Below, piece after piece: positions 7,701 through 15,968 of a stretch of 37,844 nt of DNA. Numbering within the stretch: the stretch's first letter is position 1; every line of letters begins with the position of its first letter. The DNA is from an uncultured Oceanibium sp. (GTDB lineage: Bacteria > Pseudomonadota > Alphaproteobacteria > Rhodobacterales > Rhodobacteraceae): contig CAYWND010000001.1 of assembly GCA_964459085.1 (NCBI GenBank), positions 1 to 37,844 on the forward strand. Reading direction: 5' to 3'. The position numbers were made by a program, and so were the translations under genes. The notes under the pieces were generated by a model. That model made no database searches and was not told the origin of the DNA. It worked only from the letters and a program-made list of their open reading frames with translations.

Positions 7701-8304
7701 CTGCACGTTCCCTCCAACTCCTGAGAACAACGCCCTTTATGACGACGCGCTCATTGTCGACAATCTCTGGCTTGCTGCGCCTGTGCGTTGCTGCCGCAGT
7801 AAGAAGATATGGCGGTTCGAACTGACGGAAGACTGTTTGAGCTGTTCCGGATTTCCAGTCGTATATTTGCGCGATGACTGCATCTCCACCCTTAGGGGTT
7901 GCCGAGCCATCAAGCAGAAAATAGTCCCCTGGTTTGTATCCCGCCAGAACCATTTCGGTGGTCTCAACGCACCATGTCGTCTGGTTACTGTCTTCTATAG
8001 CCTTTGTGGGGAACTCGATTTCGACCGGCCGCACTTCATATGCCGCCTGGCCCTCGCCAAGACCTGCTTGGTGAATAGGATCCGTCTCGCCTTCCAGCGG
8101 CGCGGCCATACCAGCCCTTCGAAGAAGCTCGCCAGGCGGCACACGAAGCACCTTCGCCAAGATGCGCGCCTCGGCGATCCGCAGTTCTTGCGTTCCCGCG
8201 TAGACGCGGGTCATGAATGTCGGGGACTTTCCAAGAAGGGCGGCAGCCTCGGCTTGTGTGACACCTATTTCGCGGTGCCGATTTTTGAACCATTCGCTAT
8301 CCAT
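7675..8304 (-). CDS. cI: CI-like repressor (HTH + S24-like C-terminal domain)
   Basis: HTH GVTQAEAAALLGKSPTFMTR; C-terminal AGYKPGD...PKGGDAVIA...IKGVV; divergent from cro-like gene; start 8304 preferred over 8397. Confidence 0.85.
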   Translation of the reverse strand: MDSEWFKNRHREIGVTQAEAAALLGKSPTFMTRVYAGTQELRIAEARILAKVLRVPPGELLRRAGMAAPLEGETDPIHQAGLGEGQAAYEVRPVEIEFPTKAIEDSNQTTWCVETTEMVLAGYKPGDYFLLDGSATPKGGDAVIAQIYDWKSGTAQTVFRQFEPPYLLTAAATHRRSKPEIVDNERVVIKGVVLRSWRERADVEEHDQL

Positions 8305-8393
8305 GACCAGTATCTGGTCATTTTGACCACCGTTAGGAATAGCCAATATCGTGTGTTTCGGTATTGACAGATACCGATATATGGTAGTAGTGC
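8303..8393. promoter_or_regulatory. cI/cro divergent control region with rightward promoter and palindromic operators
   Basis: TTGACA 8364-8369; TCGGTAT-N6-ATACCGA 8358-8377; TACCG-ATATA-TGGTA 8372-8386; perfect ATGACCAG-TAT-CTGGTCAT 8303-8321 over the cI start. Confidence 0.7.
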
Positions 8394-8399
8394 GCAATT

Positions 8400-8648
8400 A
8401 TGGCTCAAGTTGCGCTTACCCCCGTCGATCTGCTGAAACTGGTTTTCGGATCAGAAGCTGAAATTGCCGAGATTTGCGGCCTGTCCAGGGCCCAAACGCC
8501 GCGGCGCTGGGATCGTGTCCCACAGGCGTATTTCGAGGTCCTTGTCGAGGCCAGCCGCACGAAAGGCAGCTTTCCGATCACATATGAAATGCTGGTCCGC
8601 GGGGCGACGATTACTGTGTCTGCCCCCGTCGAGATTGCTGCGCAATGA
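8400..8648 (+). CDS. cro: Cro-like small HTH regulator
   Basis: 82 aa, LVFGSEAEIAEICGLSRAQTPRRW..VP pattern; divergent from cI; probably leaderless. Confidence 0.75.
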   Translation: MAQVALTPVDLLKLVFGSEAEIAEICGLSRAQTPRRWDRVPQAYFEVLVEASRTKGSFPITYEMLVRGATITVSAPVEIAAQ

Positions 8649-8721
8649 CCTGGCTTTCCCTCAATCCGTGCATTGCCCAACTGCTTGCGGGCGTTCCTGC
8701 CTGGATCGCACGGATCAAACT

Positions 8722-8942
8722 GCGCGCGCCCAACCCGCGCGCGCCCTTTTATTCGGTTTCGCTCGCCCTTGATCTGCCTCACACTCAGGTCGGCCCGAGC
8801 GAAACGCGGGATCCCGTTGATCGGTTCGGGATCCCGCATCCAGCCACCCTGGATTTTGCTGCATTCATCCAGGGTGGTTTTGCCGCACCCCGCCGTCCGG
8901 TCCCCCCACCGGATCGGCCGACATCCTTGGCGGGGTGCGGCA
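8722..8942 (+). ncRNA. Candidate structured RNA / regulatory leader after cro (five tandem hairpins)
   Basis: Stems 8722-8742, 8756-8805, 8806-8837, 8842-8879, 8881-8942 packed nearly end to end. Confidence 0.55.
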
Positions 8943-8943
8943 T

Positions 8944-9234
8944 ATGAAATCCGACGCATCATTCGCCCTGGCCCAGGCCATCGCCTGCGCGCGCAACGCG
9001 CGGATCGGCCGGTGCCGCGACATCGATGTTGTCCAGCTGCTGTCATCCGTCCTGGCCTATGCCCCGGAACACCAGGCCTTGCGCCTGGCTGTTCTCGATT
9101 TCGTGCATGGGCGCGAGCGCGATGCCGCCGCGGCCGGCGCCCAGCTCGAGACCCGTGTCCTGGATCTCTGGCCGGGCGCCAGTGACGCCGTACCCCAAAC
9201 CCACGACTGGCAGGAAAGGGCCGATCTGCGATGA
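8944..9234 (+). CDS. Hypothetical phage protein
   Basis: MKSDAS..., ends DWQERADLR; stop overlaps next start. Confidence 0.6.
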   Translation: MKSDASFALAQAIACARNARIGRCRDIDVVQLLSSVLAYAPEHQALRLAVLDFVHGRERDAAAAGAQLETRVLDLWPGASDAVPQTHDWQERADLR

Positions 9235-9605
9235 CGGAAGTATCGAAGATCACGACCAGCATGTTTGACCAGGCACTGCTTGCGATCGCGCAGCGCATGG
9301 CCGCCGACTACACGTTTCAGGCCGACCTGGTGCGCATGGAGCTGGATCTGCTGCGCGACATCCTCCCACGGGTTTCGCGGGACAATCGCTATATCGGCCC
9401 GATCGCCGACGCCTGCGATTGGCTGCTGGAAAACCCGTCTCGCAAGGCTGACAGCACCGGCTTCAACGGCTGGGCGCGAGGCATGTACGAGCTGCGCGCC
9501 GCGGTTGTTGTGCACGCCCAGGCGCGGGCTGCCAACGTGATCGATCAATTGCAATCGACTGGCGAGCTGCCATCGCCGGTCCCGGAAACAGGAGATGCGG
9601 CATGA
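9231..9605 (+). CDS. Hypothetical phage protein
   Basis: 124 aa, ATGA-coupled in the rightward operon. Confidence 0.65.
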   Translation: MTEVSKITTSMFDQALLAIAQRMAADYTFQADLVRMELDLLRDILPRVSRDNRYIGPIADACDWLLENPSRKADSTGFNGWARGMYELRAAVVVHAQARAANVIDQLQSTGELPSPVPETGDAA

Positions 9606-10330
9606 ACAAGGGAATTGCCCGGGCGATCGACATTCTGAAATCCGAACGCCAGACGCTGAGTGATGCGATCGACGCAATGATGATTGATCTCGATGGGCTG
9701 GATCGTGCGATTGGCGCCCTGTCGTATCTGTCACCGAATGAGGACAGCCCCGACCAGGTCGAGGATGGCGAGGAGGCGGCGAATGGGACCGCCGATGGCT
9801 GCAACACGGGGATGGAAGATGCCCCCGTCACGTCAGATGAGGGGGATACCGAGGATGCAGACGACATCCTGGACTTGCCGCGATGTGAGCAGCTGTCAGA
9901 CCTGGGCGAGGCAGAGTGGGAAGCGTGTTACGAGGCCTGGCAGACCGGCGCTAGCGTATCCTGGATCTGCGAGCGGGTTCTGCCCGGCCGCTACAATCAG
10001 TTTTCGGTGGCCTTCAAGGTCTACCGCGAAACGCGCGGCGAAGATCCTGATCCGGAACAGTCCGAAAAGCCTGCAGTCAAGGATCCGGATCGCAATCGCG
10101 AAGACAGCGGCTGGACCTTCGCCGATGACATCCACCTGCTTGATCAGACAAAGCGGGGTGTTCGCGCCGGCAGGATCGCCGGCGACCTGGGCGGTGTCTC
10201 TGCTGAGGATGTGATGGCGCGGTTGACGCTGCTTGCTGGACCGCACCCCAAGGCTTCGTTGCTAGACAAGGTTCTCGCGGAACTCCGATTGCTGCTGGAC
10301 CGCGAGAACGCGGCGATGGCCGCCGAATGA
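9602..10330 (+). CDS. Acidic protein with C-terminal GcrA-like HTH
   Basis: GWTFADDIHLLDQTKRGVRAGRIAGDLGGVSAEDVMARL resembles the GcrA N-terminal motif WT......L......G..A..IA..LGGVT...V. Confidence 0.55.
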   Translation: MNKGIARAIDILKSERQTLSDAIDAMMIDLDGLDRAIGALSYLSPNEDSPDQVEDGEEAANGTADGCNTGMEDAPVTSDEGDTEDADDILDLPRCEQLSDLGEAEWEACYEAWQTGASVSWICERVLPGRYNQFSVAFKVYRETRGEDPDPEQSEKPAVKDPDRNREDSGWTFADDIHLLDQTKRGVRAGRIAGDLGGVSAEDVMARLTLLAGPHPKASLLDKVLAELRLLLDRENAAMAAE

Positions 10331-11475
10331 GCGATCTTGTCGCCTTCGATGAAATCGTCGAAGCGCTGAAAGCGCGGGCGCTGGATGTCGCCGAGCGCTA
10401 CGCGCCTGGCGGGTATGTCGATGGCGACAAATACTGGGCCCGCAATCCCGGCCGTGACGATCGATCGATCGGCAGCTTCTGCGTCAACCTGGCCGGGGCC
10501 TACGCCGGCCGGTACCAGGATTTCGCGACCCACACCTCGGGCCTGGTTCAGAAGGGCGACATGCTCGATCTGATCCAGATCGGGCTGAACACCGACCGCA
10601 GGGGCGCGCTCGAGGAGGCCCGGGCGTTCCTGGGCCTGGCAGAGGAAACGCCGGCACAGCGACGTCTGCGCCAGCGCGAGATCGCCCGGGCCCGGGCCGA
10701 TGCAGATCGCCGAAAGCGGGACCTGGCTGAAACCAAGCGCAAGCACCGTGGGCACGCACACAGGCTTTGGCTGCAGTGCCGCGCCGAGCTGCAGGATACG
10801 CCGGTCGCGGGCTACCTCGAGGGGCGCGGCCTGGTCTTCGATTGGCTGGGCCGCTTCCCGCGCTCGATCCGCTATCACCCCAGCCTGCCCTACAGTCACA
10901 CCGACAAGGATACCGGTGAGATCCTCGAGGGCGAGTATCCCTGCATGGTCACCTGTTTTTACGGCCCCCCTGCAGCTGACGGCCGCCCGCAATTCTACGG
11001 TGTGCATCGGACCTGGCTGGCCCAGGATGATGCCGGTGTCTGGCGCAAGGCGCCGGTGCCCAAGCCCAAGAAGATCCTGGGCAGCCAGAAAGGCGGGTTC
11101 ATTCGTCTGTGGTCCGGCATCGGCAAGCGGGGCGGCAAGGGTCCTGCCCTGGCCAAGGCTGCGATGGGTAGCCGGGTCTACATCACCGAGGGCATCGAGG
11201 ACGGGCTGAGCGTCGCCCTGATCTCGCCTGCGGCCCGTGTCCTGGTCGGCATCACACTGGGCAACCTGGCCGAGATCAAGCTGCCGCCAGCGATCACCGA
11301 GGTCTACCTGGTTGCGGACAATGATCCAGGCAAGCAGGCGCAGAAGGCCCTGGCTGCGGCCGAGATGCATTTCGTGAAGCGCGGGCGCGATGTGCGCACC
11401 TGGCGCGCGCCCGCGCCCTTCAAAGACATGAACGAGTACCTGATCCACACGCTGAAATCCCAGGGGGCAGCATGA
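10327..11475 (+). CDS. Toprim-domain DNA primase
   Basis: NPGRDDRSIGSF N-terminal domain, GDMLDLI, GVHRTWL, ITEGIEDGLS, LVADND, FKDMNE. Confidence 0.88.
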   Translation: MSDLVAFDEIVEALKARALDVAERYAPGGYVDGDKYWARNPGRDDRSIGSFCVNLAGAYAGRYQDFATHTSGLVQKGDMLDLIQIGLNTDRRGALEEARAFLGLAEETPAQRRLRQREIARARADADRRKRDLAETKRKHRGHAHRLWLQCRAELQDTPVAGYLEGRGLVFDWLGRFPRSIRYHPSLPYSHTDKDTGEILEGEYPCMVTCFYGPPAADGRPQFYGVHRTWLAQDDAGVWRKAPVPKPKKILGSQKGGFIRLWSGIGKRGGKGPALAKAAMGSRVYITEGIEDGLSVALISPAARVLVGITLGNLAEIKLPPAITEVYLVADNDPGKQAQKALAAAEMHFVKRGRDVRTWRAPAPFKDMNEYLIHTLKSQGAA

Positions 11476-11888
11476 CCAAGCGCAAACCAATCCTGTGTCT
11501 CGATTTTGATGGAGTGATCCACAGCTACACGAGCGGCTGGAAGGGTATTTCCACAATTCCCGATGATCCCGTGCCCGGGGCCATGGAGTTCATACTGGCG
11601 GCCCGGGAGGAGTTCACCGTCCAGATCTTCTCGTCGAGATCGGCCAGCGCCGAAGGCATTCTGGCGATGCAAGGCTGGTTGATGACGGCAATGCTTCGGC
11701 ATTCCCTCGAGGGCGGCGGCCCCCATGATTTCGGCGATGAAACGATCGCGCAGGTGGTGGACAGTATCGGATTTCCAGTCACCAAGCCCCCCGCCTTTCT
11801 CACGATCGATGACCGCGCCATTCAGTTTGAAGGCACGTTCCCGGCCATCGAGAAGCTGATGATGTTCAAGCCTTGGAACAAGGCGTAG
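11472..11888 (+). CDS. HAD-superfamily hydrolase
   Basis: LCLDFDGVIHSY (DxD), IFSSR, TKPP, IDDRA motifs. Confidence 0.82.
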   Translation: MTKRKPILCLDFDGVIHSYTSGWKGISTIPDDPVPGAMEFILAAREEFTVQIFSSRSASAEGILAMQGWLMTAMLRHSLEGGGPHDFGDETIAQVVDSIGFPVTKPPAFLTIDDRAIQFEGTFPAIEKLMMFKPWNKA

Positions 11889-11892
11889 GGCG

Positions 11893-12306
11893 ATGAACGG
11901 AACCCAGCCTGCGCCATTCCTGCTGCGACCCACCGCGGTCGAGCGGTATTTCGTGGTCCGGACCAACGTCAGCTACGCCATTGATGCCCGGCACCCGATC
12001 CATGGATCGTTTGCCATCTTCAATCCCGATCAGTGGGGCGTGATCCGCGAGATCAGCATGCATCCGGGCCTGACCCATGAGCACATCAAGCGCGACCGCG
12101 AGATCCTGCACCATGTGATCGACGCGCTGGTGCCCCAGGAAAAGCGGTTCAAGTGGTTTTCCGAGCCCCTGGGCGACATGCGGGTCAAAACCCTCGAGCA
12201 GATCGTGGGACTGGCCAACGATGCGGTGATGTCTGGCGATGCCGAAAAAGAGATCGAGCGTCGCCGGTCGAAGACCACAATGCGGCCTGTCGGAGTGATC
12301 CAATGA
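11893..12306 (+). CDS. Hypothetical phage protein
   Basis: 137 aa in operon, coupled to next gene. Confidence 0.6.
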   Translation: MNGTQPAPFLLRPTAVERYFVVRTNVSYAIDARHPIHGSFAIFNPDQWGVIREISMHPGLTHEHIKRDREILHHVIDALVPQEKRFKWFSEPLGDMRVKTLEQIVGLANDAVMSGDAEKEIERRRSKTTMRPVGVIQ

Positions 12307-12509
12307 AGATCTATCTCGTCATCTGGACGATCAGCGGCCAGCTCGCGATCGGGCCTTTTGAACAGATGGCGATCTGCGAGGGGGCGCGGGCGAATATCGC
12401 CACCGCACTGGTCGGTGCCCGCGCCTACGCGCCCGGCATCGAGATGCCGGATCTGCGGTGCTACCCGGTGTCCCCGCCCACATTTCCACAACCCAAGGAG
12501 AAAAGCTGA
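12303..12509 (+). CDS. Hypothetical small protein
   Basis: GGAG RBS, ATG 12303 (MKIYLVIW), overlaps both neighbours. Confidence 0.55.
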   Translation: MKIYLVIWTISGQLAIGPFEQMAICEGARANIATALVGARAYAPGIEMPDLRCYPVSPPTFPQPKEKS

Positions 12510-12832
12510 TGAAGGATGGAAAGCGCGCGCTGTTGCGGGAGCGATACGAGCGCGCTGCTCACCGGGTACAAACCGCCATAGCGTGTGTTCCGGAGCATCC
12601 CAACCAGACCCCGAAGCACATGCGGACGGGGATCGACATGACTAAGTCTGACATCGGCGGTTTGGCTGGGCTCTTAATTGAGAAGGGTGTTTTCACCGAA
12701 GAAGAATACGTGACCGCGTTGTGCGAAGCCGCCGAAAAGGAAGCAGACGGCTACGAGAACGAGCTGTCGATCCGGTTCGGCCGGAACATCAGGACGCGGA
12801 CCTTTTACGGCAACGGAAAAGCGAACGACTGA
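12509..12832 (+). CDS. Hypothetical phage protein
   Basis: AAGGAG RBS, ATG 12509; LLIEKGVFTEEEY motif. Confidence 0.65.
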   Translation: MKDGKRALLRERYERAAHRVQTAIACVPEHPNQTPKHMRTGIDMTKSDIGGLAGLLIEKGVFTEEEYVTALCEAAEKEADGYENELSIRFGRNIRTRTFYGNGKAND

Positions 12833-12834
12833 GC

Positions 12835-12867
12835 AAAGAAAACCCCCGGCGGGATGGTCCGCCGGGG
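12835..12867 (-). terminator. Rho-independent terminator oriented antisense to the rightward operon
   Basis: 9-bp stem CCCCGGCGG/CCGCCGGGG followed on the minus strand by TTTTCTTT. Confidence 0.65.
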
Positions 12868-13005
12868 CAGGATTTCACAAGGGGGCGAGACGGTGCAAAG
12901 CCGCAGGCCTATCGAGCAAGTGAAAGGATCAGGTTCCCGGCCAGTCCGGGGGCCTGGTCCCTTGTTCGATCGAGCGCGTCGCCAAGCATGCGATCGGGTT
13001 GAGAC

Positions 13006-14892
13006 ATGAGCGACAACGACAACAAACCAGGCCGCCCGGACCTGCGCGTGATCCGGGATGAACTCGAGAACGCTCCACCCGTCGGCGGGCCAGATGCGCC
13101 CGACGATCCACCCCCACCCCCACCCCCGCAGGATGGGCCAAAACGCGACACGCGCGGGCGCTTCGGGGATCTCGAACGCACGCCTGGCGAGATCTATCCG
13201 GGCTGCCCTGTCAAGGCGCTCGGAGTGTCCGGTAAAGCCTGCTATTACCTCGATTATCTCAAGCGGGTGTTCGATCTTTCGAACCACACCAAGAACGACA
13301 TCAGCCTGATTTTTGGCGGTCGCGAGGATCTGCTGATCGATTGGTTCCCTGCCTACGGCAAGGACGCGAAACAGCCCAACGGCTGGAAGCAGGACCACGC
13401 CCGGGCGGCGATGATATCCGCCTGCCGCGAAATGGGTGTCTGGGATCCGTTCGAACGGGTCCGGGACGTGGGTGCCTGGCCCGACAGCGATGGCGGTGCA
13501 ATCCTCAACTGCGGGGATGCTGTTTGGTACCGTGGCCAGTGGCGTCAGACGGGCGAGCTCGATGGGTATATCTACCCGTCCGCGCCGCCCGTACCGCGTC
13601 CAATCCTGCCCAACGATCCGGAGGCGCCACCACGCGAGGCCGGCAGCGTCGGCCACGACGTGCTGGAGACCCTGGAAACCTGGCGCTGGCTGCGTCCGGA
13701 CATCGATCCTTACCTGGCGTTCGGGTGGACCTGTGCGGCCCAGCTGGGCGGCGCGCTGGGGTGGCGGCCGATGATCTGGATCAGCGGCGACAAGGGCACT
13801 GGCAAATCGACCCTGCAGGAGCTGCTGAAATCGCTCATGGGCGGATCGTCGGCGGTCCTAGCCACATCGAACACGACCGAAGCCGGTTTGCGCCAGTATC
13901 TCGGGCACAGATCGATCCCGGTGGAGCTCGATGAGATGGAGCCAGACAGCCGGTCGGATCGCATCAAGCATATTATCCACCTGGCGCGCCAGGCGGCGTC
14001 TGGCGGCCTGGCGCTGCGCGGTGGAGCGGATCACAAGGGGCAGACCTTCGTCGTTCGGTCCTGTTTCATGTTCTCCTCGATCCTGGTGCCGCCGATGCTG
14101 GACCAGGACATCAGCCGCATGGCGCTGCTGTCGCTGTTGCCGCTCGAGCGCGGCCAGACCGCCCCAAACCCGAACCCCGAACACTGGATGAAGATCGGCC
14201 AGCTCCTGCGCGGCCGGATGCTCGACCAGTGGCACCGCCTGCACGAGACGCTGGAGCGGTACCGCGCCGCCTTGTCGGGCGTCGGTCACAGTGCGCGCAG
14301 CTGCGACCAGTTCGGCACGCTCCTGGCGATGGCGGATCTCGGGCTTTACGACGATGTGCCCGAGGTCGAGACCTGCGAGGCCTGGGCCGAAAAGCTACGC
14401 GCCGAGGTGATCCAGGAGGCCAGCGACGAGCGTTCGGATTGGGAGCGGATGCTGTGGCACCTGTTGACCCAGCCGCTGGATGTGTTCCGGTCTGGCGAGC
14501 GCAAGACGGTCAACACCTGGATCCGCGAGGCGGCGCGCCTGATCGACAGCGATACCACGGCCGAGACGGCAGACCGCGCGCTTGGCAACATCGGTTTGCG
14601 AGTGCTGGGACGCGGCGAGGAGGCACAGCTTGCCGTGGCCAATGTCAACACCGGCCTGGCTGACCTCTTTCGGGACACGCACTGGTATGCCAGCGGTGGC
14701 CAAACTGGCACCTGGTCACAGTCGGCCGCGCGCATCCCTGGCGCACGCAAGGGCAATACCCGCTTTCTCATGATGGGGTCGCGATGCACGATCTTTCCGC
14801 TGCGCTCGATCCCCGAATTTTTGGCGTCAGACGACGCGTCGCAGGGCGATAGCCCGGCGACACTTTCTCACCCCGACCCAATCGAAACTTGA
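13006..14892 (+). CDS. Replicative helicase (SF3-like P-loop NTPase)
   Basis: Walker A GDKGTGKST, Walker B ELDEME; lies between primase and iteron region. Confidence 0.8.
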   Translation: MSDNDNKPGRPDLRVIRDELENAPPVGGPDAPDDPPPPPPPQDGPKRDTRGRFGDLERTPGEIYPGCPVKALGVSGKACYYLDYLKRVFDLSNHTKNDISLIFGGREDLLIDWFPAYGKDAKQPNGWKQDHARAAMISACREMGVWDPFERVRDVGAWPDSDGGAILNCGDAVWYRGQWRQTGELDGYIYPSAPPVPRPILPNDPEAPPREAGSVGHDVLETLETWRWLRPDIDPYLAFGWTCAAQLGGALGWRPMIWISGDKGTGKSTLQELLKSLMGGSSAVLATSNTTEAGLRQYLGHRSIPVELDEMEPDSRSDRIKHIIHLARQAASGGLALRGGADHKGQTFVVRSCFMFSSILVPPMLDQDISRMALLSLLPLERGQTAPNPNPEHWMKIGQLLRGRMLDQWHRLHETLERYRAALSGVGHSARSCDQFGTLLAMADLGLYDDVPEVETCEAWAEKLRAEVIQEASDERSDWERMLWHLLTQPLDVFRSGERKTVNTWIREAARLIDSDTTAETADRALGNIGLRVLGRGEEAQLAVANVNTGLADLFRDTHWYASGGQTGTWSQSAARIPGARKGNTRFLMMGSRCTIFPLRSIPEFLASDDASQGDSPATLSHPDPIET

Positions 14893-15009
14893 CCTGAGCC
14901 CGGCTATGGATCACGCTCTTTCGCCACAACCCGCGCCCCGCACCCCGCACCCCAGCGCGTATGCCAAAAAGCGCGCACGGGTCAGGGGTTTCAACTCAAG
15001 GGCGAAAAG

Positions 15010-15285
15010 GTGCAACGGTTTTGGACACCGTTGCACCTGTGTTGCACCTACCGTTGCAGTGATTTCGCTGCAAGATCAACGGGTTACGGGGAGGTGCAAC
15101 GGTGCAACGCAAAATAGGGGGTTCTCGCGTATGCGTGCGCCTACGCGCGCGCGCGCGCACGGACCTACCTACCGTTGCACCGTTGCACCGTTGCACTTAA
15201 CCTTTAACCCATTGATATATATCAAAAAAGAGGTGCAACGGTGGTGCAACGGTCACCGTCCGACCGTTGCACCTGACCGTTGCAC
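15010..15285. repeat. Putative replication origin: GTTGCAC iterons in both orientations
   Basis: 12 exact GTTGCAC/GTGCAAC copies (15010, 15030, 15041, 15094, 15102, 15174, 15182, 15190, 15233, 15244, 15266, 15279), AT-rich tract near 15197-15229, IHF-like sites 15074-15086 and 15205-15217. Confidence 0.75.
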
Positions 15286-15341
15286 CTCCCCGTCGATCCT
15301 GCCTAACACCCTGAAAACAATAAACAATCGGGGTTCAATCC

Positions 15342-15968
15342 ATGCCTGAGCGGGATCAGAACCAGTTTGCGGCCATGGCGGCCGAGATTGCGGACCGTGT
15401 CGACGAGGCGCGCACCGTCGGTGAACAGCTGACATTCCTGCCCGATGCCGATGGCCAGGGCGGCAAGGTCGTGCCCGACGAAAAGCGCGGTCCTGGGCGG
15501 CCGAGCGGGTCGAAGAACAAGACCGACAGCGCGCTGCGCGCCTGGCTGGCGCACAACGGCTACCGGATGCCCGAAGATCAGCTGGTTCGGATCGCTGGCC
15601 TGGCCAGCTCGGACGATGTGCTGATCCAGGCGATGGCCGAGACCGAGCAGGTCCTGGCCTGGGCGACCGGCAGCGCCAATCGCGGCGGCGATGCCCTGGG
15701 CAAGCGGCTCGAGACCTTCTTCCGGATCTACACATCGAAGATCCGTGCGCTCGAGGCGCTGCTGCCCTACGGCATGGTCAAGGCGACGCCCGACGTCCAG
15801 GTCAACCAGGCTGTCCAGGTCGTGGTGCCGCAGGTTCAGCCGATGCCTGGCGCGCCTCGGATGGCGTCCGATTTCGCGCCGCCGCCGATGCCCGGAGAAA
15901 CGCTGCAAAATCAACAGGTTATCGACGCGCCGCCAGCGCAGTCGGACGATGAAAGTCGGACGGAATGA
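15342..15968 (+). CDS. terS: Putative terminase small subunit
   Basis: KRGPGRPSGSKNK motif and ALEALLPY, directly upstream of TerL. Confidence 0.7.
   Translation: MPERDQNQFAAMAAEIADRVDEARTVGEQLTFLPDADGQGGKVVPDEKRGPGRPSGSKNKTDSALRAWLAHNGYRMPEDQLVRIAGLASSDDVLIQAMAETEQVLAWATGSANRGGDALGKRLETFFRIYTSKIRALEALLPYGMVKATPDVQVNQAVQVVVPQVQPMPGAPRMASDFAPPPMPGETLQNQQVIDAPPAQSDDESRTE

Noticed and set aside
13108-13128. G-quadruplex-like (CCCCCA)n tract
   Set aside because: Explained by the poly-Pro linker codons of the helicase N-terminus
15010-15285. CRISPR array
   Set aside because: Repeats are 7-11 bp, in both orientations, irregularly spaced; no cas genes
14906-15349. 147-aa Cys-rich ORF (RCNG/TVAP repeats)
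   Set aside because: The repeated peptides are translations of the GTTGCAC iterons; better explained as origin DNA
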